A DNA stretch of 30,017 nt from a virus. Lineage: Duplodnaviria; Caudoviricetes. Shown here one piece after another: positions 1-10,200 of the stretch; the first letter of the stretch is position 1; each line of letters opens with the position of its first letter. Made by a program: the position numbers and the translations under genes. The notes below the pieces were generated by a model that was not told the origin of the DNA, did no database searches, and was given only the letters and a program-made list of their open reading frames with translations. Location of the stretch: IMG/VR virus record IMGVR_UViG_3300044723_007291, positions 1 through 30,017 of that record; one strand, given 5' to 3'.

Positions 1-303
1 AGTGCAAACGTTACTACAGAAGTAATTCAAAAAGGCACTAAAAAGTTTCGCGTCACTACAAGTGATGGTACAGAAACTTGTCAGTTAGTTGCAGTAGCAA
101 GTGGCTCACTTGCAGCAGGACAGTGTTCACTAGTCGCAACAGACAGTGACGGTAACAACGCATATGTAACTAAACTTACACAAAACTATGTAACATTGGA
201 AAATATTGATAGTACACAGTTCGCAACAGGCGATCGTGCGCTATGGTTGGATGACCAAGATTCAGCAGTTGAAAATGTTAGTGTACTAATCGTAACAGCA
301 TAA
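1..303 (+). CDS. 5'-truncated hypothetical phage protein, probably virion-associated
   Basis: Frame 1 is open from base 1 (SANVTTEVIQKGTKKFRVTTSDG...VSVLIVTA) to TAA at 301-303. Codon style matches neighbouring genes and a terminator follows. Confidence 0.7.
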   Translation, partial: SANVTTEVIQKGTKKFRVTTSDGTETCQLVAVASGSLAAGQCSLVATDSDGNNAYVTKLTQNYVTLENIDSTQFATGDRALWLDDQDSAVENVSVLIVTA

Positions 304-311
304 TTTTGCTA

Positions 312-340
312 TTGACACAAAGAGAAGGTTACAGTATAAT
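312..340 (+). promoter_or_regulatory. Consensus sigma70-type (early) promoter
   Basis: TTGACA at 312-317, a 17-bp spacer, and TATAAT at 335-340, upstream of the ATG at 364. Confidence 0.85.
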
Positions 341-357
341 ACACTGTAACCTTTTTT
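325..357 (+). terminator. Rho-independent terminator
   Basis: 11-bp stem AAGGTTACAGT (325-335) / ACTGTAACCTT (343-353) running into a T-tract, just after the stop at 303. Confidence 0.8.
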
Positions 358-363
358 ATTGAC

Positions 364-948
364 ATGATTGAATTTGCATTTATATTAGGTAATGGCGTAA
401 CACGCTTGGAAGTAAATCCACAAGAATTACTTCAGCGAGGCAAAGTCTATGGCTGTAACAGAATATATCAGGAGTTTGAACCTACTGTGCTAGTAAGCAC
501 AGATCGCGGTATGTCACATGAAATACAACAAAATGAGTATAGTAAAAGACGCCAACACTACACACGCAAACAGTATGTTATAGAACACAGTGGTGCTAGG
601 ATATTACCACAACTAATACATAATTTTAGCAGTGGACCTGCTGCGTGTGGACTTGCTTGTTTGACTGACGCAGAGTATATCTTTTTATTAGGATTTGATC
701 TTAAAGGACAACATAACTTTATAAACAATATATACGCTGGTACTTTACATTACAAAAGTAAAGACAGTGCGCCAACATATTGGGGTAGTTGGGAGACACA
801 GATTAGCACATTGCTTACAAAATTTCCTAGTAAAAACATAGTTCATGTTAATCCATTGCATGAGTTTACAAGTGTTCGTTGGATGAAACACACAAACTTT
901 AGAACTATGAATTTGTTGGAGTTTGCACAAGTGATAAATAATCTATAA
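364..948 (+). CDS. GT42 (CstII)/Maf-like glycosyltransferase-fold protein
   Basis: Motifs FILGNGVTR, VYGCNRIY, SSGPAA and IFLLGFD occur in the same order as CstII-type xGNGPS, RCNQFY, TSG and IYLSGID. Confidence 0.6.
   Translation: MIEFAFILGNGVTRLEVNPQELLQRGKVYGCNRIYQEFEPTVLVSTDRGMSHEIQQNEYSKRRQHYTRKQYVIEHSGARILPQLIHNFSSGPAACGLACLTDAEYIFLLGFDLKGQHNFINNIYAGTLHYKSKDSAPTYWGSWETQISTLLTKFPSKNIVHVNPLHEFTSVRWMKHTNFRTMNLLEFAQVINNL
933..940 (+). promoter_or_regulatory. T4-like late promoter box
   Basis: GATAAATA upstream of SD AGGA (951-954) and ATG 963. Confidence 0.7.
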
Positions 949-962
949 GCAGGAATTTATAA

Positions 963-1601
963 ATGAGCCAAACAAAAAGAATAGGTGGAGACTATACTAT
1001 CGTTGCAAGCGGTGGTACTACTATTGACAGTGCTTTAACTGTTACTGGTAACTTGACCGTTACAGGTACAACTACAACTGTATCAACAACTAACACTGAA
1101 ATAACTGATAGAGTTGTTGTATATAACAGTGGTGAATCTGGCGCCGGTGTAACTGGTGTATACAGCGGCATTGAAGTTGATCGTGGCAGTTTAGCAAACG
1201 CACTGATTGTGTTTGATGAAAGCACAGATACTTTTCGTATTAGTACAGACGGCGGCAGTTCTTATGACACTATAACAACATCTGCAGGCGCTGGCATTGC
1301 AAATATTGTAGAAGATACAACTCCGCAGCTAGGTGGAGACTTAGATACAAATGGTTTTAATATTACTAGTGCCAGAACAAACGAAGATATTAATGTAATT
1401 CCTGCAGGTACTGGAAATTTAGTAATTGACAGTGCAATAAGACTTAATGACCAAAGTACTCCAAGTTCAGTAAACAATGCAACATTGCTATATGCAGCGA
1501 CTGCATCGGGCGGAGGCAGTGGTGTATTTTTTGTAGATGGTAGCACCAGTGACGAACTAGTAAGCAAATCAAAAGCCATCGTATACGGATTAATATTTTA
1601 A
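963..1601 (+). CDS. Virion structural/fibre-type protein
   Basis: 212 aa with a GNLTVTGTTTTVSTTN...GIEVDRG...FDESTD module shared with the large fibres, and a PQLGGDLDTNG motif typical of phage virion proteins. Confidence 0.7.
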   Translation: MSQTKRIGGDYTIVASGGTTIDSALTVTGNLTVTGTTTTVSTTNTEITDRVVVYNSGESGAGVTGVYSGIEVDRGSLANALIVFDESTDTFRISTDGGSSYDTITTSAGAGIANIVEDTTPQLGGDLDTNGFNITSARTNEDINVIPAGTGNLVIDSAIRLNDQSTPSSVNNATLLYAATASGGGSGVFFVDGSTSDELVSKSKAIVYGLIF

Positions 1602-1613
1602 AGGAACTAACAA

Positions 1614-1922
1614 ATGGCAATTACACAAACCGAAGTAGGCGCAACTGCTACAACAGTATACACAAGTAGCGGAACAACTGCACTTACTTGTATGTTTTTC
1701 ATGAACGATAATGCATCGGCAAGAACACTTACTGTGCATGTTGTAAAAAGCGGCGATAGTGCAGGCACAGCTAATACTATTGTAAAAGCTATTAATATTG
1801 ATCCAGCTGATACATATGTAATTAACACAGAAAAACTAGTACTAGACAACGGCGACACTATACAGTGTACAGCAAGTGCAGCCTCAAGTATTCAAGCAAC
1901 ACTGAGCTCGGTGACTATCTAA
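1614..1922 (+). CDS. Small beta-rich virion protein
   Basis: 102 aa, SD AAGGA, C-terminal EKLVLDNGDTI motif of a kind common in small phage structural proteins. Confidence 0.65.
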   Translation: MAITQTEVGATATTVYTSSGTTALTCMFFMNDNASARTLTVHVVKSGDSAGTANTIVKAINIDPADTYVINTEKLVLDNGDTIQCTASAASSIQATLSSVTI

Positions 1923-2362
1923 TGGCTGGCTTTGTAAAAACAAGAGGTACTTTCGATGGCGGTGATGTTATCAAAGGTTCTAGCGATTCAGGCAGTACTA
2001 GTACACCTGCAGGCGGAACTGCAGATAGACCAAGTGTAAGTCAAGCAGGCGATTTTAGGTTCAATACTGACACAAACAAAATGGAATACTTTGATGGCAG
2101 TGCATTTGTTCAAATTAGTAAAGAAGGCAACGTTACTATTACGCAAGATAGTTTTACAGGTGACGGTTCAACGGCTGCGTTTACAATGAGTCAATCAGTC
2201 ACTAGCAACCAGCCCCAACGTGTAGTTGTAGCAGTAGGAAACGTTTATCAAAATCCAGCAAGTGCTTACACACTAAGTGGTACAACTATTACATTCACAA
2301 GTGCTCCTGGTAGTAGCGAAAGTGTAACTGTAATCCACGGATACGACAGTACTACGCACTAA
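1922..2362 (+). CDS. Virion structural protein (GTxxxRP module plus GDGSTxxF beta module)
   Basis: Start reassigned to ATG 1922, which overlaps the upstream stop as TAATG. Modules GGTADRP..GDFRFNTD and DSFTGDGSTAAFT..ITFTSAP recur in genes 5916 and 7269. Confidence 0.7.
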   Translation: MAGFVKTRGTFDGGDVIKGSSDSGSTSTPAGGTADRPSVSQAGDFRFNTDTNKMEYFDGSAFVQISKEGNVTITQDSFTGDGSTAAFTMSQSVTSNQPQRVVVAVGNVYQNPASAYTLSGTTITFTSAPGSSESVTVIHGYDSTTH

Positions 2363-2363
2363 G

Positions 2364-2371
2364 CATAAATA
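2364..2371 (+). promoter_or_regulatory. T4-like late promoter box
   Basis: CATAAATA immediately after the stop at 2362 and ahead of a structured leader. Confidence 0.7.
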
Positions 2372-2433
2372 CACTTAATAAACCCTGTCACCTCGGATGT
2401 TAGTAGGTGATCGCAGGATAGCGGAGTGTAGGT

Positions 2434-5400
2434 ATGGCTATAAGTCGTATTGGGGGCAGAGCTCTCAAAGCAAATTTAGAACGTGATAGCAATTTAGCGT
2501 TTAATACTACAACACTCGTAGTTGATTACTCCAATGGTCGCATTGGTATAGGAACAGCAAGTCCTTCTGAAAAACTTAGTATTACTGGATCAGCAACTAT
2601 AAGCAATACGCTTACAGTTGGCACTAGTGCTGACATTGATGGCATCCGCATCATTGATAACAACATCCAAGCAACAAGAACAAATGATGATGTAACACTT
2701 GTGCCTAGCGGCACAGGTGGTGTAAACGTTAGCACAAGTATAATCAGTAACGTTCTTGATCCTGTAGCATCACAAGATGCAGCTACAAAAGCATATGTGG
2801 ATTCACAAATCAGCGGTGGTGCAGTAAGCACTGGTATGGATATTACACTGGGTACAGTAACAGACAGTGATCTTGTTACTGATTCTATGTTCAAAGGACT
2901 GACCACAGCAACCAAAGTTTCAGATGCAATTGATGATATAAACGAAGCACTACAAAATGTGTTAAACAGTACTGCAGTCAGTAATGTAGATTTCACAGCA
3001 GATACCACCAGTGGTGCAAGTGGATTGGTAGTAACACTAACTATTACAGCAGACGGAAATCCTAATAGATATACAATCAACTGGGGTGACGGCACAACGG
3101 ATACTGCAGTGACAGATAGTACACCAAGTCACACTTATAGTACCAACGTTGGATCGCCATTTGATGTCACAGTTACAGCATTTAACAACGGTGGCAGTGG
3201 AAGCGGTAGCACAGAGACTGAAGCCAAAACAGATTTTATTACCATCTTTACTGCAACACCAGTTGTAAGTTTTGCAGCATATGCAGCACCAACTGGCGGA
3301 AGTGCTATTACACAATGGGATGACGGCGATACTATCTATTTTGAAAACAACACCACAAATGTTGGCAGTGCTACAATCCAGTTTACCTGGGATTGGGGAG
3401 ACAGTGAATCTGATGATGTAATCACAGATGACACCGCCAGTGGTGGTACAGCAGGCAGCAGACTTGCACACACATTTACAGCAAGCACAGAAACAGATGT
3501 ACAGCGCACTGTGAGTTTGACCTTAGACAGTCACACCAGTGCATTGCCTGCAGATATTCCTGCCAGTGATTCTACAGTGTTCAAACTATATGATGATCAC
3601 ACACCAACTGTCACACTAGATGACAACAGTGGTGTTAATGAAGAATCGACAAGTGGACACGTTGTTGCACTTACAAATACAACAGAAGCAGGCGTTGGCA
3701 GCCAAGCAACATTTGGCATAACATATCAATATCAGTTTGGTGATGGAACAAGCAACGTAAACGTAAACGCTGGTAGCGGCGCGGCAGGTGATAGAAACGT
3801 TGCCCTTAATCACACCTATGCATTAAGTAGCAGTGACCAAGCAAACGGAACTGCAAGAGATTACACAGGAAACTTGCGTGTAATTAGTAATCACACAAGC
3901 AGTCCGTTTATAAGCAGCACATTCTCAGTACACGTTGAGCCAGATGTAAGAGCAAATATTGCTGGTACCGCAGTCACAGTAAACACTGGTAGCGGTGATA
4001 ACCAATATACAATCTATGACTTTACTGACTTGGACAGTGTGAACCGTGCTATTGTGCGTATGACAAACACAAGTCAAAATGCAGATGACTATGTGTATGA
4101 CTGGGATGATAGTAGCAGCAACGATAGTGTCACAGAAGATGGCAGTGCAGCAGGCAGTATTGGTGCAACACTTGATCATGACTATGCAGGTGAAGGCACA
4201 GCAAACTACAATGTATCATTTACAGCAAATGGAACACCAGATATTACTGCGCAAACAGATACAGACTCGAGCATTACATTTAACCTAAAAGCAACACCTG
4301 GCGCTCCTGCAAGTCTAAGTGCAAAATCTATTACACTAAGCGACAGTACACAAGGCACACTTCCAAGACTTGCAAATGGCTTTACGGACAACACCAGTAG
4401 CGCAACTACACTATCTGCAGGTGCTGATCTGAGTACAACAACAGCAAGACGCTATACCAGTGGTACTATTGATACAAGTGTAGCAAGCAATTTTTATAAC
4501 GGTGCAACAGGAACACTTGCTGCAGAAATTAATGCAAGTGATGATGGCACAAAAGCATTTACTGCAAGTGAAGGTGAAACTGGAACATTTACCAGTCTAG
4601 TTGTAAGCAGTAATGTTGACTATGACACAGTTGATAGTAGTTACCCGCAGAGACTATATCTAGTTGCAAGTGCTAAAATTACCAAAGCACTTAGTGGTTA
4701 TAGCACAGGTCTTAGTGCGCAGCGACTAACACATACTACTACGGGCAACACCAACTATGTTCATGTGCTTAAAGATGATTTAACTGCAACGCCTACATTT
4801 GGTACAGTTGGTACATTAAGTGAAGGCACAGGCGGCACTAAGCGTTATATCTCAGGTATTCCTTATTACAATACTGGTAGTCCAACACTAACACTTAGTA
4901 GCACTACTATTAACGACCTAGTAGGTCAAGCATACACAAACCAATCTAACATTGTTGAGATTGACAGTGACACAAATGCTGAAGGCACAAGCAGTAGTGC
5001 GTTCAGCGCACAAGACTATACCTATGCAAACATTGATGGTGCATCAACAATGCTATCAGGCGGCATACCAACAGTAAATGTTGGCACAAGCAGTGCTTAT
5101 GCTATTGGCGATTTAACTATTCCTATTACAAGTTCAAGTGTACGCACAGTTGATACTGCACACATCCGTGCTAGAAATGTTAATGGTATAAGCAGTTATA
5201 GCAACCTAACAGGAAATATCCAAGTACACACTGCAGCACAAAGTGGCATCAGTGAAATTGCTATTGCTGTTAGTGACAGTTTAGGCAATGGCACATACAC
5301 AGATGATGGTACAAGAAGTGCAGCATTCCTAGCAGACACAACAGATACACCTAGTTACAATGGTGCAACAAACTTCTATACAAGTAGTTTATACAGTGAA

Positions 5401-5916
5401 GCAAGTGATCCGGGTGTAAGTGGTACAAAAGAAGCAACTATAAGACTGGGTGTGCTAAAGCACGATGCTACAGATTATAGCACAGGGTATTTGCCATTAG
5501 GTCCTGATAGAAGTGGTGATACAGGAACACAATACTTTACATTTGCTTTCCGTAGACAGGTTGTTGCTAGTTTTGATATTAACATTACTTCAAGTGGCAT
5601 TGCTGGTATGTGGATTGCAGCACCAGGAACTGCTATTGACAGTGCAAGTGGATTAAATGGTTGGCTAGAATGCACTGCACAGTATGCTGGTGCAGGTGTA
5701 CCAGGCAGTAATACAGGCAGTGGCGGTAATGGAAGTGATGGATGTGCAAACACAGGTGCAGATGTTGTGCCCACTAGTAGTAGTCTAAGTGGTGGATATA
5801 CGATGACGCTGGGCAGTGAGAATATGAGTAATGCAACAGGAAATGTGGTACTAGTGCGTATAGCACTTACAAGTGGACAGAGTGTTACAGCTCTTAGCAT
5901 AGGAGTTGCTGCATAA
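2434..5916 (+). CDS. Large PKD/Ig-like repeat virion protein (putative adhesin or appendage)
   Basis: 1160 aa. N-terminal fibre motifs (NGRIGIGTASP, QDAATKAYVD) and four PKD-like signatures: YTINWGDG, FTWDWGD, YQYQFGDG, YVYDWDD, each followed by a H-T/D-Y/F strand. SD GGAG at 2423. Confidence 0.7.
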   Translation: MAISRIGGRALKANLERDSNLAFNTTTLVVDYSNGRIGIGTASPSEKLSITGSATISNTLTVGTSADIDGIRIIDNNIQATRTNDDVTLVPSGTGGVNVSTSIISNVLDPVASQDAATKAYVDSQISGGAVSTGMDITLGTVTDSDLVTDSMFKGLTTATKVSDAIDDINEALQNVLNSTAVSNVDFTADTTSGASGLVVTLTITADGNPNRYTINWGDGTTDTAVTDSTPSHTYSTNVGSPFDVTVTAFNNGGSGSGSTETEAKTDFITIFTATPVVSFAAYAAPTGGSAITQWDDGDTIYFENNTTNVGSATIQFTWDWGDSESDDVITDDTASGGTAGSRLAHTFTASTETDVQRTVSLTLDSHTSALPADIPASDSTVFKLYDDHTPTVTLDDNSGVNEESTSGHVVALTNTTEAGVGSQATFGITYQYQFGDGTSNVNVNAGSGAAGDRNVALNHTYALSSSDQANGTARDYTGNLRVISNHTSSPFISSTFSVHVEPDVRANIAGTAVTVNTGSGDNQYTIYDFTDLDSVNRAIVRMTNTSQNADDYVYDWDDSSSNDSVTEDGSAAGSIGATLDHDYAGEGTANYNVSFTANGTPDITAQTDTDSSITFNLKATPGAPASLSAKSITLSDSTQGTLPRLANGFTDNTSSATTLSAGADLSTTTARRYTSGTIDTSVASNFYNGATGTLAAEINASDDGTKAFTASEGETGTFTSLVVSSNVDYDTVDSSYPQRLYLVASAKITKALSGYSTGLSAQRLTHTTTGNTNYVHVLKDDLTATPTFGTVGTLSEGTGGTKRYISGIPYYNTGSPTLTLSSTTINDLVGQAYTNQSNIVEIDSDTNAEGTSSSAFSAQDYTYANIDGASTMLSGGIPTVNVGTSSAYAIGDLTIPITSSSVRTVDTAHIRARNVNGISSYSNLTGNIQVHTAAQSGISEIAIAVSDSLGNGTYTDDGTRSAAFLADTTDTPSYNGATNFYTSSLYSEASDPGVSGTKEATIRLGVLKHDATDYSTGYLPLGPDRSGDTGTQYFTFAFRRQVVASFDINITSSGIAGMWIAAPGTAIDSASGLNGWLECTAQYAGAGVPGSNTGSGGNGSDGCANTGADVVPTSSSLSGGYTMTLGSENMSNATGNVVLVRIALTSGQSVTALSIGVAA

Positions 5917-7049
5917 TGGCTATTTCAGATGGACAAAAAGTAGATTACCTCTTTAAGAAACTGGGCTTTGGTATTACTAAAACTGATACCAATGCTAACA
6001 AAGTTGCTGCTAACGAAAGTATTGCTAGTCCACTATTGCTTCGTGGTGATAAAGTTTGGCAGCAAGCAAGTAGTATTCCATCAACTAAACCTGGAAGTAG
6101 TTCGGGTGTAGTTACAGTTTATACTGGTGCAAGCACAGTAGAATGTACAGCAGACATTACATCAAGTTCAAACAGAACCTGGAAAACAGGACAAACAGAT
6201 TGGATTCCACCAGAATTTGGTAGTACATATCTTGTTAATGTATATGTGCATACTAGCAGTGACGCAAGTAATGCAGAAGATATTGCAAATAAAGTGTTTA
6301 TTACAGGTAGTGGAAACAACGACGAATGGTTCTTTGACTATCAATCAGGTGTACTACACTTTATCGGTACTAACTTGCCCGATGGTGTAAACTTCTCAGG
6401 AAAAAGTGTTTATGTAGCGGGTGCAAAATATACAGGTGCATTTGGAGTAGGCGGTGACACAGGCACTGTGGAGTTCAGTGGCAATACACTTACAACTGCT
6501 ACTGCAGGAGATGATCTGACACTTGATCCTGAATCAGGAAGTCTTGTAATAAGTGGCACAACTGCGCTGCAGATACCAGTAGGCACAGAAGCACAACGAC
6601 CAACACCCGCGAAAGGTATGATACGCTTTAACGATGATAGTGATCAAGTTGAAGTTTATAATGGCACAAGTTGGGTTGCAGTAGGCAGTGTTAACACTGT
6701 AACCAAAGATGATTTTAGTGGTGACGGAAGTACTACAGCATTTACACTGAGTCAAAGTGCAAGTACTGATGCTGTTATTGTTAGCCTAAACGGTGTTGTA
6801 CAAGAAAGCACAAACACCTATAGTGTAAGCAGCACAACACTAACATTCAATGAAGCACCTGAAACTGGTGATGTAATACAAGTTAGAAACTTCTACAGTG
6901 GAAGCACACTACAACCAGCAAGCAAGTTTAACAGTTACACAACCACAGAGCGTAATGCACTCAGTTCAGCAAATGGTGATGTAGTATACAATGAAACTAC
7001 ACACAAGTTTCAAGGCTATGCAAACGGTAGTTGGGTAGATTTCCACTAA
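5916..7049 (+). CDS. Virion structural protein (baseplate/fibre-associated)
   Basis: 377 aa, TAATG-coupled to the upstream gene. Contains GTEAQRP..GMIRFN and GDGSTTAFTL..LNGVVQE modules and a C-terminal YTTTERNAL..GDVVYN..FQGY module. Confidence 0.7.
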   Translation: MAISDGQKVDYLFKKLGFGITKTDTNANKVAANESIASPLLLRGDKVWQQASSIPSTKPGSSSGVVTVYTGASTVECTADITSSSNRTWKTGQTDWIPPEFGSTYLVNVYVHTSSDASNAEDIANKVFITGSGNNDEWFFDYQSGVLHFIGTNLPDGVNFSGKSVYVAGAKYTGAFGVGGDTGTVEFSGNTLTTATAGDDLTLDPESGSLVISGTTALQIPVGTEAQRPTPAKGMIRFNDDSDQVEVYNGTSWVAVGSVNTVTKDDFSGDGSTTAFTLSQSASTDAVIVSLNGVVQESTNTYSVSSTTLTFNEAPETGDVIQVRNFYSGSTLQPASKFNSYTTTERNALSSANGDVVYNETTHKFQGYANGSWVDFH

Positions 7050-7053
7050 TCTG

Positions 7054-7060
7054 CTAAATA
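7054..7060 (+). promoter_or_regulatory. Late promoter box variant at the start of a long intergenic region
   Basis: CTAAATA just after the stop at 7049. Confidence 0.5.
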
Positions 7061-7212
7061 ATATTGCAAGCGTTCTGTCTTGCTTAGGTTAAACTTTATC
7101 CTTTTCTAAAAAAAGTCTGTAAAAAGTTAATAAAACCCCCCTTAACCGTTAAAAAACACTAGAACTTTTGACGCTGTTTTTGTGCGACTAGATTATATTT
7201 TCCCCGTATCCA

Positions 7213-7219
7213 CTAAATA
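7213..7219 (+). promoter_or_regulatory. Late promoter box variant
   Basis: CTAAATA 50 bp upstream of ATG 7269, with SD GGAG at 7256-7259. Confidence 0.6.
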
Positions 7220-7268
7220 CACTTGTTATATATATACACGATATCGTGATTGGACGGAGAAAACTAAA

Positions 7269-10200
7269 ATGGCATTGACCAGAATTAAAACCAACCAGAT
7301 TACTGATGGGGCAGTAACCACAGCAAAAATTGGTGCAAATGCTGTTACCTCAGCAAAGTTGGAAAACAACCTTACCTACGGCAGTAATTTTACAGTCTCA
7401 GGTAACTTGACAGTTTCAGGTACTACAACAAGTGTTAGTACAACAAATACTCGCGTTGAAGATGCTATTATTGCACTAAGCGCAGAGGCAACAGGATCAG
7501 GTAGTGTTGATAGTGGACTACTTATTAATCGTGGTGATGATGACAACCAAGCATTTTTATGGGATGAGACTGCAGACGAATTTGTAGTTGCAAACGTTGG
7601 CGCAGAAGATGGCGATACAGCAGGCAATGTAACAATTAGTAGTTACGCTGGATTACACGCAGGTGCAGTAGTATATGGATCATTAAATGATGGTACAACA
7701 ACACTAACATCAACTGTTGCAGAACTTAATTTAATCGACGGATCAGGCGCAGGCACAATTGTAAACAGTAAAGCAGTAATTTACGGAGCAAGCGGTGAAG
7801 TAAATGCTACTACATTACAAATTGCCGGTACTAGTATTACTGCAACAGCCGCTGAACTTAACATCATGGACGGCGACACAAGTGTAGGCACTGATGCTTT
7901 TGCTGCTGGTGACGGACTTGTAACAAATGATAACGGTACTATGAAGCAAACTAGTATTGCTACACTAGATACATTTTTATCAGCAAGTACAAAGACACTT
8001 ACAAACAAAACTATTGACAGTGCAAGTAATACACTTACGTTGGATTTAAGTGAAGGTACACTTACTGGTACTACAGCAGAATTTAACAGTGCATTAAGTG
8101 ATGGTAGTTTTGCTACACTAGCAGGCACGGAAACATTAACAAACAAGACACTAACTGCTCCAATAGTTGATCAAATTGAGGACTCTAACGGTAATGAACT
8201 TATTATCTTTACCACAACAGCAAGTGCAGTCAACGAAATTACACTAGCAAACGCGGCAGCAAGTGGTCATCCAACTATTACCACAACAGGTAGTGACACA
8301 AACATCAACCTAGTACTAAGTCCAAAAGGTTCTGGTACAATTGATGTTGATACAAGTAAAATTGTAAACGTTACTGATCCAACAAGTAACCAAGACGCAG
8401 CAACTAAAGCATATGTTGACAGTAGTGTATCAAGTGGTTCTACACTAGCTATTGCTGGTGACAGTGGCACAGACAACGTTGTTGTTGGTACTAACACATT
8501 TACATTTAGTGGTACTTCAAATGAAATCGTTACAGCGGTAACAGACAACACAGTAACTATTAGTTTGCCAGATGATGTAACAATCGGCGGTGATGCAATT
8601 GTTACAGGTAACTTGACAGTTAACGGTACTACAACTACAATTTCAACAACAAACAGTGTGGTTAGTGATAACTTAATCGAACTTAACAACGGCGCAGGTT
8701 CAAACGCTAACGATAGTGGTATTGTTATTGAGCGTGGTTCAACAGGCGACAATGCTATCTTTGTATGGGATGAGAGTGCTGATAAGTTTACTATGGGTAC
8801 TACCACTGCAACAGGTTCAAGTACAGGTGATTTAACTATCACAACAGGTACACTGGTTGCAAATATTGAAGGTAATGTTACAGGTAATGTAACTGGTAGT
8901 GCAGATACACTAACAACAGCAAGAGCGATTCAAATAAGTGGTGATGTTACTGGTACTGCAAACTTTGATGGCAGTGCAGCAATTAACATTGCAGCAACTA
9001 TCGCAGCTAACTCAGTAGCACTTGGCACAGATACCACAGGTAACTATGTTGGCACAGTCACTGGCGGCAATGGTATTGCTAGTACTGGTGCTACATCAGG
9101 TGAAGGCATTGCTCATTCATTGAGTGTTGACCTAGCTGATACAGCAATTTTTGCAAGTGATGGCACAGCAAGTCGTGCAGTGGTACTTGACGGTAGTGGT
9201 GACTTTACAGCAAGCACAGTGACAACCACAAATATTGATGGTATCATTGGTGCAAACACAGCGGCGGCAGGTAGTTTTACAACAGTTGGTACAACAGGTG
9301 AAGCAACACTAGCAAGTGCTATTGTAAGTGACTTGACTTCAACTCGCATTGTATTCGCAGGCACAAGTGGTGCTCTTGAAGATAGTGCAAACTTGGTATT
9401 TGCTAGTAACTCACTAGATGTTACAGGTGCTATTACTGCAAGTGGTAACATTGACATTGCAGATGCTGGCTCACTTAGAGTTGGTACAGGCAATGACTTT
9501 ACTATTAACCATGATGCAACAAACACAACAATTACAAACGGCACAGGTATACTTGCAATTGATGGCGCAGCAACTAGTGCTATACGCATCAACGAAGCTG
9601 GTGCAAACGTTGATTTTGTCGTAGAAGGCGAAAATGACGATGATGTGTTTATTATTGATGCAAGTCAGGACAATGTGGGTATTGGTGGTACACCAAACGC
9701 TAACGCAATTCTGGACATTAACGACACAGGCGCAATCCTACTTGCTCGTGGTACAACAGCACAGCGTCCAGGCACAGCGGTAACTGGTATGTTCCGTTAT
9801 AATACAACTAGTAATACGCTAGAATATTATGACAATAGTGATTGGGCAGGTATTAGTTCGGACTTTACACTTGCTAGTTCACAAACATTCAGCGGTGATG
9901 ACAGTACAACAGCATTTACACTAAGCGCACTAACTGGCGCAGATAGTTACACAGTTGCTGGCGTACTTGTTATGCTTAACGGTGTGGTTCAAGAACCAAC
10001 AACTGTTTATGGTATAAGTGGAGTAACACTAACATTTACAACTGCTCCTGCAACAGGTGACTTGATTGAAGTGCGTAAGTTTACAACAACTACAACTGTT
10101 ACTGCACTAGCAGACAGTGATGGTGATACACAGGTACTAGTTGAAGAAAGTGCAGATGAAGATATTATCCGCTTTGATATTGGTGGCAGTGAAAAAATGA

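Noticed and set aside
7182-7268. N-terminal extension of the fibre ORF as given in the ORF track (also 1865-1921 and 22334-22348)
   Set aside because: Better starts exist with an SD or stop-start coupling at 7269, 1922 and 22349. The 7182 extension runs across a promoter box.
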